The translations under genes were made by a program, and so were the position numbers. Shown piece by piece: positions 54,433 through 64,000 of a DNA stretch of 64,000 bases. The DNA is taken from positions 1,280,340 through 1,344,339 of the forward strand of contig OZ246969.1 of assembly GCA_965232345.1 (NCBI GenBank), given 5' to 3'. Under the pieces are notes generated by a model. That model saw nothing but the letters and a program-made list of their open reading frames with translations. It was not told the origin of the DNA and made no database searches. Source of the stretch: Arenicellales bacterium (lineage in GTDB: Bacteria; Pseudomonadota; Gammaproteobacteria; Arenicellales; JAJDZL01). Position 1 is the first letter of the stretch. Each line of letters starts with the position of its first letter.

Positions 54433-55446
54433 TTGACCCGATTGGATCTAGCCAATTTCACGGGGCTGGTTGTTTTAGTCGCCCTTTTGCTGGTATCGAC
54501 ACTTTATGGCACAACGCCAATCCCGCTTTCCGACGTTGTCGAGGCGATTGCACTGAGCAGCGGGCTCGTCGAGGGCGACGCGTCTCCGCTGCATCGGATT
54601 GTGTTCGAGCTACGCTTGCCGCGCGCGTTGTTCGCAGCCTTGATCGGCGCCGGGCTGGGCATCGTCGGTGTGGTTCTGCAGACTACCACGCGCAATGATC
54701 TGGCCGATCCGTTCCTGTTCGGACTGTCATCAGGCGCGGCTGCGGGCGCTGTCTTCGTCATCACGGTGACGGGTGACATTCTGGGCATCTGGACACTTCC
54801 GCTGGCGGCGTTCTGCGGTGGCCTCGTCGCCTCCGGCATAGTGCTGGCGCTGGTCCACAGTCTTCGCACCAGCGCGCCGGAAAAGCTGATCCTTGCCGGA
54901 TTGGCAGTGTCCTTTCTCTTTGCGGCAATCGTCAACTATCTCATTTTCGCCGGCGACAGCCGCGCCGCGCATTCGGTGATCTTCTGGATGCTGGGCGGTC
55001 TTGGTCTGGCCCGATGGGAAACCTTCCCGCTGGTCTGCACCGGACTGGTTCTCATCTTGGCCTATTCTTTGTATCGGAGCCGCTGGATGGACGCGCTTCT
55101 GACCGGCGATCTCACCGCATCGACCCTCGGTGTGCCGGTGCAGGGGCTGCGGTTCAGCATGTTCTTCGTGGCCGCGCTGGCCACGGCCGTGTTTGTGTCT
55201 GTCGCCGGCGTGATCGGCTTCGTGGGCTTGATGGTGCCGCATCTGGCGCGCGGAATTGCGGGGCCGCTGCACCGCCAGCTTCTGCCGACGGCAGCCATCG
55301 TAGGCGCCGTTCTGCTCACCGTCTCGGACTTGCTGTGCAGGCTTCTTCTTGCGCCGCAGGAACTGCCGGTGGGTATTGTGACTACGTCGATCGGCTCCGT
55401 CTTTGTATTCCTGCTGCTGATCAGAACGCGGAATCTGCAGCGATAG
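54433..55446 (+). CDS. FecCD/BtuC-family ABC permease
   Basis: 337 aa (TTG start). ELRLPRALFAALIGAGLGIVGVVLQTTTRNDLADPFLFGLSSGA pattern with ~9-10 TM helices. Confidence 0.9.
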   Translation: MTRLDLANFTGLVVLVALLLVSTLYGTTPIPLSDVVEAIALSSGLVEGDASPLHRIVFELRLPRALFAALIGAGLGIVGVVLQTTTRNDLADPFLFGLSSGAAAGAVFVITVTGDILGIWTLPLAAFCGGLVASGIVLALVHSLRTSAPEKLILAGLAVSFLFAAIVNYLIFAGDSRAAHSVIFWMLGGLGLARWETFPLVCTGLVLILAYSLYRSRWMDALLTGDLTASTLGVPVQGLRFSMFFVAALATAVFVSVAGVIGFVGLMVPHLARGIAGPLHRQLLPTAAIVGAVLLTVSDLLCRLLLAPQELPVGIVTTSIGSVFVFLLLIRTRNLQR

Positions 55447-55595
55447 CGGAGCATGAAATCAGGCGAATTATCAAGACCCGCCTGTCGCAGCCTATCAAAA
55501 ATGCAACGCTTGCCCAGATCTCGGATGACCGCGTGCGGATTTCGAAAAAACTGCTGGATGCAAACAAACTGCACTAAAATACGATTTCGCTGTTT

Positions 55596-55783
55596 GAGGT
55601 GTTTGTTGCCGAATCGATCCGAATTCCCGGCAACACTTTAAATGGGAAGTCTGGTGAGCGAGGCCATTCAATCGGATTCGCGCCTCGCAATTCCAGCGCT
55701 GCCCCCGCAACGGTGATCAGCGTTCGCGCTGTCAGTCCGGAACCGCCCTCTTTCAGGCCAAGAATTTCGTTTTAGCGGAGGGC
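55596..55783 (+). promoter_or_regulatory. Cobalamin riboswitch, short variant type (cassette copy 3)
   Basis: Same conserved blocks as copies 1 and 2. Lies ~225 nt upstream of the TonB-dependent receptor gene. Confidence 0.75.
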
Positions 55784-56007
55784 TTCAACGTGGCATCAAG
55801 AATATCCAGCCGCCTGAACTCCTCCCGATGCAGCGCTGATTCCAGCTGAGAGGGTTTCTTGCATTCATTCGAAAAATTTTGCGCCGCAGCCGAGCAACTG
55901 CGCGGTTTTTTCATTTGTGTGCTGATGCTGATTTCAGCTCCCTTCGCTGCAACTCACAAAAAATTCATGTTGTCGCATTGAATTCAAGAGACTCCGAGGA
56001 ACATTCA

Positions 56008-57894
56008 ATGTACCGAGCTTTAGCTATTCTCAGCGCATTTGCGGTTTTGATTCCGATCCATGCCGTGTCTGCCCAGCAAAATGACAGTGAAAATGTGCTG
56101 GAAGAAATTGTCGTCACCGCGACGCGGATTCCCACACCCTTTTCCGATACATTGCCTTCAACAGCAATCATCACAGCGGAAGACATCGAACGACTCAAGC
56201 CGCAGGACCTCGGTGATCTGCTGACTCGAAAAAGCGGCATCAGCTTCAGAGACAGCGGCGGCATGGGGTCTGCCGGCGGATTTTTCGTTCGCGGCGCGGA
56301 AGACTCCCAGGTTCTGATATTGATTGACGGCATCCGTACCGCAAGCGCGACCAATGGCGCCACCGCAATTGAGCGAATTCCACTCGATTCGATTGAGCGC
56401 ATTGAGATCATCAAGGGTCCGATGTCCGGTATCTATGGATCAGATGCGATAGGCGGTGTGATTCAGATCTTCACCAAGCAAGCCGATCAGGACGAGGCAT
56501 ACGGGTCTGTCGAAACCACTGTCGGCAGCAGCCAGTTTCGGAAAGTTCACACCTATGGCGGTGTCGGGACCGATGCCTATTCTTTGCATGCCTCTCTGAC
56601 AGAGGAAAGAACAGACGGCATTGATCGCACCGCATTTCAGGGCGGCGGCAACGAGGACCGCGACGGACTGGAGCGCACATCCGGCAATTTTTCATTTTCA
56701 ATGGAACCCACAGAGGATCTGTCCATCAGGATCGGGCATGTGTCAAGTTCTGGACGAGTGGATTACGACAACACATCCACTTCCTCAAACGCCACCAGAG
56801 GAAGGGCTTTCAGGGGAGTCGGCTGGCATCAGCGACTCAAGTTGAACACCAGCTCTGTACGGGTGGACTACGAGCACTCTGATATCCTGGATATCGTCGG
56901 AATATTGGGAGCGACTTCAGACAGGCGCAGAAATCACGAACCGGACCGAAATCGAGTGACCCGCTTCTATTCCGATACGACTGAAGCGTCTTTGCAGGCA
57001 AACCTCAGCTTCTCTTCAAAAAATCAGGTTTCAATCGGCGTCGACGGTCAGAAAGATGAGATCGAGTCAACAGACACATACTCAGCGACTGATCGGAAGA
57101 ACAAGGGGTTTTTCGCACTGTGGCAGTATCAGGGCGATCGCTATGGATCGGTCATCAATGCGCGGCACGACAACAACGACACCTACGGTTCAATTTCAAA
57201 TTACAGCGCGCAGCAATCCATCGAACTGACTGATGAATACGAACTGGTTGTCAGTTATGGCACCGCATTCAAAGCGCCGACTCTGAACTCGCTCTTCTAT
57301 ACGGATGGATTTTTCTTTTTCGGCAATCCTGACCTGAGTCCGGAGGAAAGTCAGTCCTATGAAGTGTCACTGCGTGCGGACTTCGATGACCTCTACTGGC
57401 AGATCAACACCTACAGGACTGAAGTCGAAAACCTGATTGAGTGGCAGTTCGATGCGGCGGCGAGCCGATTCAATGCTGTCAATATTGCCAGAGCCAATCT
57501 GAAAGGCACTGAGATTGAATTGAGCCGAGAGTGGGGCGACTACACCCTGAATGCGAATCTGGACTATCTTGACGCTGAAGACGGGTCAACCGGACAATTT
57601 CTGGACGACCGGGCGCGGGCATCCGGATCGATTGAATTGGGACGGCAGCTCGATAACCTGTATATAGGCGTTGAGGGATTCTTCGAGCACTCTCGCCATG
57701 ACCGAGGAACTCCACTGCCTGGTTACACACTTTGGGGTGTGCATGCCAGTTACAACATTTCAGACACATTGTCTCTATCGGGTCATCTGGACAACATTTT
57801 CGACAAGGAATACATCACCAACTTGGCAAGTAACGACAACCCCTACCAGAATGAGGGACGAACCTTGGAAGTGACATTGGCGTACAAATTCTAG
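56008..57894 (+). CDS. btuB: TonB-dependent outer-membrane receptor, vitamin B12 transporter type
   Basis: 628 aa from ATG 56008. Signal peptide, TonB-box-like EEIVVTATR, plug plus beta-barrel, and a C-terminal TLAYKF. Preceded by a B12 riboswitch. The track ORF starts at 55879. Confidence 0.88.
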   Translation: MYRALAILSAFAVLIPIHAVSAQQNDSENVLEEIVVTATRIPTPFSDTLPSTAIITAEDIERLKPQDLGDLLTRKSGISFRDSGGMGSAGGFFVRGAEDSQVLILIDGIRTASATNGATAIERIPLDSIERIEIIKGPMSGIYGSDAIGGVIQIFTKQADQDEAYGSVETTVGSSQFRKVHTYGGVGTDAYSLHASLTEERTDGIDRTAFQGGGNEDRDGLERTSGNFSFSMEPTEDLSIRIGHVSSSGRVDYDNTSTSSNATRGRAFRGVGWHQRLKLNTSSVRVDYEHSDILDIVGILGATSDRRRNHEPDRNRVTRFYSDTTEASLQANLSFSSKNQVSIGVDGQKDEIESTDTYSATDRKNKGFFALWQYQGDRYGSVINARHDNNDTYGSISNYSAQQSIELTDEYELVVSYGTAFKAPTLNSLFYTDGFFFFGNPDLSPEESQSYEVSLRADFDDLYWQINTYRTEVENLIEWQFDAAASRFNAVNIARANLKGTEIELSREWGDYTLNANLDYLDAEDGSTGQFLDDRARASGSIELGRQLDNLYIGVEGFFEHSRHDRGTPLPGYTLWGVHASYNISDTLSLSGHLDNIFDKEYITNLASNDNPYQNEGRTLEVTLAYKF

Positions 57895-57994
57895 CCATGC
57901 ATTTGTATGAAACAGCAGTGTCGCATACAATCAAGAGGCAACCTGAACCAAACAGTCAAGACAAATCAATCAAGTCCCGCTAGAGGCCGACGCA

Positions 57995-58597
57995 ATGAAT
58001 GACATCAACAAAAAGCACAAGATCAAGATGCAGAAACAGAAGGCCAAGGTTGATGCGCGGATAAAGGAAGCGCAGATTGAAAAAGGTGTCTTCGTATTGC
58101 TGACCGGCAGCGGCAAAGGAAAAAGCAGCTCGGCCTTCGGGATGATGCTGCGAGCCTTGGGCTACGGACAGAATGTTGGGGTTGTGCAGTTCATCAAGGG
58201 CCACCGCACCACGGGCGAGTCGCTGTTCTTGAGTGAGCTGCATCCGGAAGTCGACCACTGTCAGATGGGCACCGGATTCACTTGGGATACTCAGGATCGA
58301 GTTCGCGATATCACAGCGGCAGAGAAGGCTTGGGAGGCTGCCAGCCGAATGCTGTCGGACGATTCTTATGATCTCGTCATTCTGGATGAATTGACTTATA
58401 TGCTTGGCTACAAGTACCTTGATTTGGAAAAGGTGCTGGATGCCATTGCAAACCGACCAGAGGAGCAGAGCGTCATCGTCACAGGCCGCGGTGGCGGGGC
58501 CAGGCTGAAGGAGCTGGCGGACACCGTTTCGGAAGTGAAGGAAATCAAGCATGCATTCAAGTCCGGCATCAAGGCGCGCCGCGGGGTCGATCTGTGA
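57995..58597 (+). CDS. cobO: Cob(I)yrinic acid a,c-diamide adenosyltransferase (copy 2)
   Basis: 200 aa. GSGKGKSSSAFG P-loop and QFIKG...DELTYML. A clear paralog of 37559-38167. Confidence 0.9.
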   Translation: MNDINKKHKIKMQKQKAKVDARIKEAQIEKGVFVLLTGSGKGKSSSAFGMMLRALGYGQNVGVVQFIKGHRTTGESLFLSELHPEVDHCQMGTGFTWDTQDRVRDITAAEKAWEAASRMLSDDSYDLVILDELTYMLGYKYLDLEKVLDAIANRPEEQSVIVTGRGGGARLKELADTVSEVKEIKHAFKSGIKARRGVDL

Positions 58598-58766
58598 TGC
58601 TGTCCAAATGGAATGGCGCGCTTTTCGTTTCTGGCGCCGCCCACCTGCAATATTGATTGCTGAACTCAGCCAATTCGGGGATTGTCGCTGACTCAATTTC
58701 AGGCTTGACCAGCGCCACCGCGGGTACTCCACTCCACATCAGCTTCAAATTGCCCGAACTAGCCCA

Positions 58767-59789
58767 ATGCGACTGATGCTGCCCAAACCCTGCTTCGCGC
58801 TGCTGGCTGTATTGTCGATTGCAGCGGGAATTGCTGGACTTCTGGTCGGTCCCGTTCATATCTCACCTGCTGTTCTGCTTGACATGCTGATGTCTGACAA
58901 TGCCCAGACTCGCGATCAGATGATCATCGAGGCCATACGACTGCCGCGCATGCTGCTGAGTTTCCTGATCGGAACAGTCCTGGCCATCTGCGGGGCGGTG
59001 ATGCAGGGGCTGTTCAGAAACTCACTGGCAGACCCGTCCTTGATCGGCGTGTCTGCCGGTGCGTCAGCTGGCGCGAGTTTCGTCATTGTATTCGGCGCAC
59101 TGCTTTTCCCAGCTTCAGTACTGGGTCTGCCGGTGGTCTCAATCGGTGCGTTTGTTGGCGGACTGGCGGCAGCCTGGATTGTCTATCGGCTGGCAAGCGG
59201 CAGCGAGGGCACATCGGTTGCCACCATGCTTCTGGCTGGAATCGCCATCAGCGCGCTGGCAGGCGCCTTGAATCAACTGTTCAGCTTCCTGGCTGACAAT
59301 GACATGCTGAGACGGATCAGCCTGTGGCAGATGGGCTCGCTGGAGTCGGCTGACTGGCAGCAGATCGGGTACTGCGCGCTGGCAACCGCGCTGCTGCTGA
59401 TTGTGCTGCCGCGCGAGAGCCGGGCGCTGAATGCCATGCTGCTCGGCGAATCGGAGGCCCGGCACTTGGGAATCGGAGTCGAATGGCTGAAACGACGCCT
59501 GATCATCTATACATCGCTGGGTGTCGGCATCGCGGTGTCCGTCGCTGGAACGATCGCATTTGTGGGTCTCGTCGTTCCCCACCTGATACGGCTCCTGATC
59601 GGACCCGATCATCGATTCCTGCTGCCGGCGTCAGCTCTGCTAGGCGGACTGTTATTGGTTTCAGCGGATGCTGTCGCCCGGGTTGCGGTTGCGCCGGCCG
59701 AGCTTCCAATCGGTGTGGTTACCGCGATTCTGGGGGTGCCGTTCTTCATTTCCATTCTGATTCGACAGCGGAACAGGGTCTATGCTTAG
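58767..59789 (+). CDS. FecCD/BtuC-family ABC permease
   Basis: 340 aa with the AIRLPRMLLSFLIGTVLAICGAVMQGLFRNSLADPSLIGVSAGA pattern. Confidence 0.9.
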   Translation: MRLMLPKPCFALLAVLSIAAGIAGLLVGPVHISPAVLLDMLMSDNAQTRDQMIIEAIRLPRMLLSFLIGTVLAICGAVMQGLFRNSLADPSLIGVSAGASAGASFVIVFGALLFPASVLGLPVVSIGAFVGGLAAAWIVYRLASGSEGTSVATMLLAGIAISALAGALNQLFSFLADNDMLRRISLWQMGSLESADWQQIGYCALATALLLIVLPRESRALNAMLLGESEARHLGIGVEWLKRRLIIYTSLGVGIAVSVAGTIAFVGLVVPHLIRLLIGPDHRFLLPASALLGGLLLVSADAVARVAVAPAELPIGVVTAILGVPFFISILIRQRNRVYA

Positions 59790-60567
59790 CGCAGATTCAG
59801 CATCTTTGTCCAGCGGAAAAATTCTGCGGGTTGAGGACTTCAGCGTCAACTGCGAGCCGGGCCGCGTAACCGCCCTGCTGGGTCCGAATGGCGCCGGCAA
59901 AACCAGCCTGCTGAAGCTGCTGTCCGGCGAACTTAAGGCGGACTCCGGCAAGCTGAGACTGAACGGGCGGCAGATTCACGATTGGAAACCCATCGAACGG
60001 GCGAAGATGCTCGCATGCCTGCCCCAGCATTCAACCTTGAACTTTCCATTCACGGTAGAAGAGGTGGTGCTCATGGGCCGGATCCCTTACGATACCGGCA
60101 CCGTCAATGACCTTGAGATTGTCCGCCAGACACTGGAAGCGGTGGATGCCTGGCACCTGGTTCATCGAAACTACACGGAGCTTTCCGGCGGAGAGAAGCA
60201 GCGCGTGCAGCTGGCCCGGGTGCTGGCACAAGTTTGGCGGCCGTCGGAAGTCGGCGGGGAAACAAAAAGCCGAGTTCTGCTGCTGGACGAGCCATCGTCA
60301 TCACTGGATATCGCGCACCAGCAGCTGCTTCAGGGCATCGTTCTGAAAATGGCGCAGCAAGGCGTGGTCGTTGTCATGGTCGTCCACGACCTAAATTTTG
60401 CCTTCTACTGCGCGAATCAGTTAATATTGATGTCGGAGGGTAAGCTGATCGCACAGGGCACACCTGCTGAAATGATGCAAAATCATCTGCTGCAGAAGGT
60501 TTTCGGTGTCGAACTGGAATTCATCGCGCATCCCTTGACCGGCAAACCTGTCGTATTATTGAAATGA
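59782..60567 (+). CDS. BtuD/HmuV-type ABC ATP-binding protein
   Basis: 261 aa. Walker A GPNGAGKTS, signature LSGGEKQR, Walker B VLLLDEPSSSLD. 8-nt overlap with the permease gene. Confidence 0.9.
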   Translation: MLSADSASLSSGKILRVEDFSVNCEPGRVTALLGPNGAGKTSLLKLLSGELKADSGKLRLNGRQIHDWKPIERAKMLACLPQHSTLNFPFTVEEVVLMGRIPYDTGTVNDLEIVRQTLEAVDAWHLVHRNYTELSGGEKQRVQLARVLAQVWRPSEVGGETKSRVLLLDEPSSSLDIAHQQLLQGIVLKMAQQGVVVVMVVHDLNFAFYCANQLILMSEGKLIAQGTPAEMMQNHLLQKVFGVELEFIAHPLTGKPVVLLK

Positions 60568-60577
60568 GGACAGTTGG

Positions 60578-61123
60578 TTGACTGCGCAATTGGAACTCAT
60601 TCTCGGCGGCGCCCGCTCAGGGAAAAGCCGGCTGGCGGAACAGCGCGTGCTCGACAGCGGAATGAAGAAAGTCTGTATTGTCACTGCGACCGCTGAAGAC
60701 CAGGAAATGGCAGCGCGGATCGAGCAGCATCGGCAGCGTCGCGAAAAATCAGCAGGCGGTGAGGCTTGGCATCTGATTGAGGAGCCCATTCATCTGTCAA
60801 GCGCGTTGCAGACAGCCCAAGAATCGGATGCCTGCATCCTGGTGGACTGCCTGACATTGTGGGTCAGCAACTGCCTTTTCAAACAGCGCTGGACATCTGA
60901 GCGAGACGCCTTTCTCACAGTCCTGCCGGACTTGAGAGGCAGAATAATTTTTGTCAGCAACGAAGTTGGATCGGGCATTGTTCCGTTGGGCGAGGTGACG
61001 CGTCAGTTCGTCGATGCCGCTGGCGAGCTGCATCAGGACCTTGCCGAACGCTGCCGCCGCGTGACGCTGACAGTTGCAGGCATGAGCATCGAACTCAAGT
61101 CAGAAAATCCGCAGACCAGTTGA
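60578..61123 (+). CDS. cobU: Adenosylcobinamide kinase / adenosylcobinamide-phosphate guanylyltransferase
   Basis: 181 aa (TTG start). P-loop LILGGARSGKS and CobU/CobP family length and pattern. Confidence 0.9.
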   Translation: MTAQLELILGGARSGKSRLAEQRVLDSGMKKVCIVTATAEDQEMAARIEQHRQRREKSAGGEAWHLIEEPIHLSSALQTAQESDACILVDCLTLWVSNCLFKQRWTSERDAFLTVLPDLRGRIIFVSNEVGSGIVPLGEVTRQFVDAAGELHQDLAERCRRVTLTVAGMSIELKSENPQTS

Positions 61124-61136
61124 ACAGGAAGGATAG

Positions 61137-62177
61137 ATGAATTGGTGGGCTGAACCAGCAAAATCTGTATGCCAGAAAAGTCGCGATGAGGCCGCTATGC
61201 GGCAGCTCCAGCTGACCAAACCGCCGGGCTCGCTGGGTGAATTGGAAGATGTTGCCATCGCGTTTGCCGGGTGGCAGGGTCAGCCGATCCCGAAGCTCGA
61301 TTCGGCAAGCGTTCGAATATTCGCCGGTGACCACGGCGTGGTTGAGGAAGGGGTTTCGGCGTTTCCTCAAGCCGTCACCGGTGAGATGGTTCGGAATTTC
61401 GCCGCGGGCGGCGCCGCGATCTGCGTGCTTTCAAAAATGCACGGTGCGGATTTTTCGGTGGTGAATGTCGGCACGGTGACGCCGCTGGAAGACTTGCCGG
61501 GTGTGGCGAATGTTCAGCTGGCAAACGGAACCGCCAACTTCTGCAAAGAACCAGCCATGTCCAATGAAACCGTGCAACGCGCACTGCAAGCCGGCCGCGA
61601 CCACAGCCCGCAGAATTCGGATCTGTTTATCGGCGGTGAAATGGGAATTGGCAATACAACATCGGCAACGGCGATATTCTCCGCCTTGCTGGATACAACA
61701 GTCGATGCGATGACAGGCCGCGGCACTGGTGTTGATGATGCTGGACTCAAGCGTAAAACTGCCGCGGTTCAAACTGCGCTGGCTTTGCACCGCGAAACCA
61801 TCGCCAGCGGCGCATTGGGCACTCTGCAATGTGTCGGCGGACTGGAAATCGCCGCGCTGACGGGCGCGTATATTGCCTGCGCGCAGCGGGGCATTCCAAG
61901 CCTGGTTGACGGATTCATTTCAACTGCTGCGGCATTGGCCGCAATCAATCTCAATGAGGGTGTGCGAGACTGGCTGGTGTTTGCCCATTGCTCAGATGAG
62001 CAGGGTCACCAGAAAGCCCTGTCGCTGATGAACGTCACACCGCTATTGAGTATAGGAATGCGGCTCGGTGAAGGCAGCGGCGCGGCAGTTGTGTATCCGA
62101 TCCTGCAGAGTGCGTTGAAGCTTCACGCCGAAATGGCGACATTCGAACAGGCCAGTGTCAGCAACAAGCCAATCTGA
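61137..62177 (+). CDS. cobT: Nicotinate-nucleotide--dimethylbenzimidazole phosphoribosyltransferase
   Basis: 346 aa. LTKPPGSLGELE and GEMGIGNTT motifs typical of CobT. Confidence 0.92.
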   Translation: MNWWAEPAKSVCQKSRDEAAMRQLQLTKPPGSLGELEDVAIAFAGWQGQPIPKLDSASVRIFAGDHGVVEEGVSAFPQAVTGEMVRNFAAGGAAICVLSKMHGADFSVVNVGTVTPLEDLPGVANVQLANGTANFCKEPAMSNETVQRALQAGRDHSPQNSDLFIGGEMGIGNTTSATAIFSALLDTTVDAMTGRGTGVDDAGLKRKTAAVQTALALHRETIASGALGTLQCVGGLEIAALTGAYIACAQRGIPSLVDGFISTAAALAAINLNEGVRDWLVFAHCSDEQGHQKALSLMNVTPLLSIGMRLGEGSGAAVVYPILQSALKLHAEMATFEQASVSNKPI

Positions 62178-62802
62178 TTCACTCAGTTGCACCACCATTG
62201 ATCTCCTTCGCCATGGCGTCTGCGAAGGTGGTGACATTCTGCGAGGCTCAACCGATGTCGCTCTCCTTCCTGAAGGGATGGCTCAGATGGATGACGCCAT
62301 CCGTCACCAGCCGGACTGGAACCGAGTCATATCCTCGCCGCTGAAGCGCTGCCGCGAATTCGCCGAGCGCATCGCTGAGCAGCGCGGCCTTGCTGTTCAC
62401 GTCGACAAAAAGTGGCGCGAGATTGATTTCGGTGAGTGGGACGGGCTGAAGATTGAGTCGATCCAGGCGAATTTTCCGAAGGAGTCTCAGCTGTATTACT
62501 CACAGCCCACCGAGTTCACACCGCCGGGAGCAGAATCGATGCTGGATTTTCAGGAGCGGGTGATCATTGCATTCAATGCGCTGGTTGAACAGTATCGGGG
62601 TGAGCGCCTGCTCGTCATCCAGCACGGCGGCACGATCCGAGTGATTCTGGCGCATATTCTGGATATACCGCTATCTCATTCCAATCGAGTAGTCATACCC
62701 TACGCCTGTCTGACTCGGATTCGCGTCTATCACTCAGCGGATGGAAATTATCCAGTTCTCATTGCCCATATTCCGGGCCCGCCTGCGAACGATGAAATCT
62801 GA
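62155..62802 (+). CDS. cobC: Alpha-ribazole phosphatase (histidine phosphatase family)
   Basis: 215 aa (GTG start, uncertain). Catalytic LLRHG motif and a downstream QHGG His. Positioned between cobT and cobS. Confidence 0.8.
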   Translation: MSATSQSDSLSCTTIDLLRHGVCEGGDILRGSTDVALLPEGMAQMDDAIRHQPDWNRVISSPLKRCREFAERIAEQRGLAVHVDKKWREIDFGEWDGLKIESIQANFPKESQLYYSQPTEFTPPGAESMLDFQERVIIAFNALVEQYRGERLLVIQHGGTIRVILAHILDIPLSHSNRVVIPYACLTRIRVYHSADGNYPVLIAHIPGPPANDEI

Positions 62803-63562
62803 CCTCACTCATCATTTTCAGTCGTTTCGGGCCGCGGTGCAGTTCATGACTTGCATTCCCGCCGGTTCTGTGGCTGACATCTCGCCCGCGGCCCGCAACG
62901 ACATGCTGATTTGGTACCCGGCAGTGGGGGCTGTTATCGGAGTTATTCTGATTCTGGGTGAGTGGCTGTCGTCACCATTGCCTGACTTCCTGCAGGCCGC
63001 CTTGATCTTGACACTGTGGGTGGTTGTCACCGGCGGACTGCATCTGGATGGACTGGCGGACTGGGCAGATGCCTGGGTGGGTGGATTGGGCAGTCGGGAG
63101 AAGACCCTGAAAATCATGGACGACCCCCGATGCGGAACCATTGCGGTTATTGCTGTGACCCTGACTTTGATTCTGAAATTCTCAGCCCTGATCTCATTTC
63201 ACAACTGGATCATGCTGCTGCTGATCCCATTGCTGGCCAGGCTGATGATCATCCCGGCATTCTTGTGGGTGTCATACGCCAGAGAATCCGGGTTGGGCGG
63301 TGAGATTCAGCAGGCGCTTTCAGAAAGGAAGCGGAATATCTGCAAGGGCATTGTTGCAACCGCAGGCGTTTCTTCGCTGGTTCTGGTTTCGTTTCAGCTG
63401 TGGATTTTGCTGGTGATTGCGCTGGCCGCTACGTTCTTGCTCTGGCGTTCCGCGATGGTCAGGCGGCTGCAGGGGTTCACCGGCGATTGCATCGGGCTGC
63501 TGATTGAGCTGTCAGAGGTTGTGCTGGCAGTGGTTTTCGTCGCGTTTGTGTGGACGACTTGA
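62792..63562 (+). CDS. cobS: Adenosylcobinamide-GDP ribazoletransferase (cobalamin synthase)
   Basis: 256 aa from ATG 62792 (overlaps the cobC stop). Polytopic membrane protein with the GGLHLDGLADWADA motif. The track ORF starts at 62741. Confidence 0.88.
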   Translation: MKSDLTHHFQSFRAAVQFMTCIPAGSVADISPAARNDMLIWYPAVGAVIGVILILGEWLSSPLPDFLQAALILTLWVVVTGGLHLDGLADWADAWVGGLGSREKTLKIMDDPRCGTIAVIAVTLTLILKFSALISFHNWIMLLLIPLLARLMIIPAFLWVSYARESGLGGEIQQALSERKRNICKGIVATAGVSSLVLVSFQLWILLVIALAATFLLWRSAMVRRLQGFTGDCIGLLIELSEVVLAVVFVAFVWTT

Positions 63563-64000
63563 CTGCGCTGAGTGTCATTGCCGCGGCGGTCGCGCTCGAC
63601 TGGGTCCTCGGCGAACCCAAACAATTTCACCCGTTGATCTGGTTTGGAAGTGTTGCAGACCGTATTGAAGCAGTCAGCGAACGGCCCGTCTTTGAACGAA
63701 TTCCACCTGTCTCGCGCGGATTTTGCTGTTGGCTGATTCTAGTTCTGCCACCTGCGCTGGCGGTATGGCTGCTGCTTGTCAGGCTGCCACCTGCCGGGCA
63801 GTTGGTGCTGGAGTGTCTCGTCTTGTACTTCTCCATCGGCTGGAAAAGCATGCAGGAGCATGCCAGCGAGGTGCATCAGCAGCTGATGGAAAAGAATCTG
63901 GACAAGGCGCGGATGTCAGTCAGCAAAATTGTGAGCCGCAAAACAGACGAGCTCGACGAGCGCGGCGTTGCAAAAGGCGCCATTGAGGCAGTGATCGAGA
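63559..64000 (+). CDS. cbiB: Adenosylcobinamide-phosphate synthase CbiB/CobD (partial; continues beyond the right edge)
   Basis: Absent from the ORF track because it is open at the edge. TTG 63559 overlaps the cobS stop. Reads LTALSVIAAAVALDWVLGEPKQFHPLIWFGSVADRIE..., the typical CbiB N-terminus. Confidence 0.85.
   Translation, partial: MTALSVIAAAVALDWVLGEPKQFHPLIWFGSVADRIEAVSERPVFERIPPVSRGFCCWLILVLPPALAVWLLLVRLPPAGQLVLECLVLYFSIGWKSMQEHASEVHQQLMEKNLDKARMSVSKIVSRKTDELDERGVAKGAIEAVIE

Overview
64-kb chromosomal window, probably from a marine gammaproteobacterium; the taxon is inferred only from gene order (aroQ-accB-accC-prmA) and protein families.

**Left third (1-19.7 kb): housekeeping and transport**
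- Partial MFS transporter, prmA, and accC-accB-aroQ.
- A split DsbD/TlpA-like disulfide-reductase pair.
- A Fe3+ ABC importer (fbpABC-like) with a Fur box upstream.
- A class II cytochrome c inside a segment bracketed by a duplicated fbpC 3' end.
- An alpha/beta hydrolase and fxsA.
- A MacB/FtsX-type ABC pair with an AttH-like protein, and a fatty-acid desaturase.

**From 19.7 kb: a large cobalamin (B12) locus**
- cobQ.
- Four cobalamin riboswitches. One classical copy (~22.1 kb) precedes a 965-aa repeat-bearing TonB. Three near-identical short variant-type leader cassettes sit at ~37.1, 52.2 and 55.6 kb.
- Two cobO paralogs, three BtuCD/FecCD-type ABC importers, and btuB.
- cobW-cobN-chlI-VWA (cobaltochelatase).
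- cobU-cobT-cobC-cobS-cbiB (the last is partial).

**Interruptions of the B12 locus**
1. An AT-rich ~11.5-kb accessory island (25.4-36.9 kb). It carries a translationally coupled three-gene operon: an unknown 417-aa protein, a double-HKD PLD-type nuclease and a 1280-aa SNF2-type helicase. This operon is the best candidate for an undescribed defence or DNA-surveillance system. The island also has a secreted lyase-like protein, an AAA/DUF4143 ATPase and VapBC.
2. A very GC-rich IS50/Tn5-like insertion sequence (48681-51028, 9-bp target duplication). It splits a COG0523 GTPase gene that has a Zur box upstream.

An orphan NHLP-type RiPP precursor lies at 21.47 kb. I saw no rRNA, tRNA or CRISPR array. 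All calls rest on reading the sequence and recognising motifs; no database search was run.
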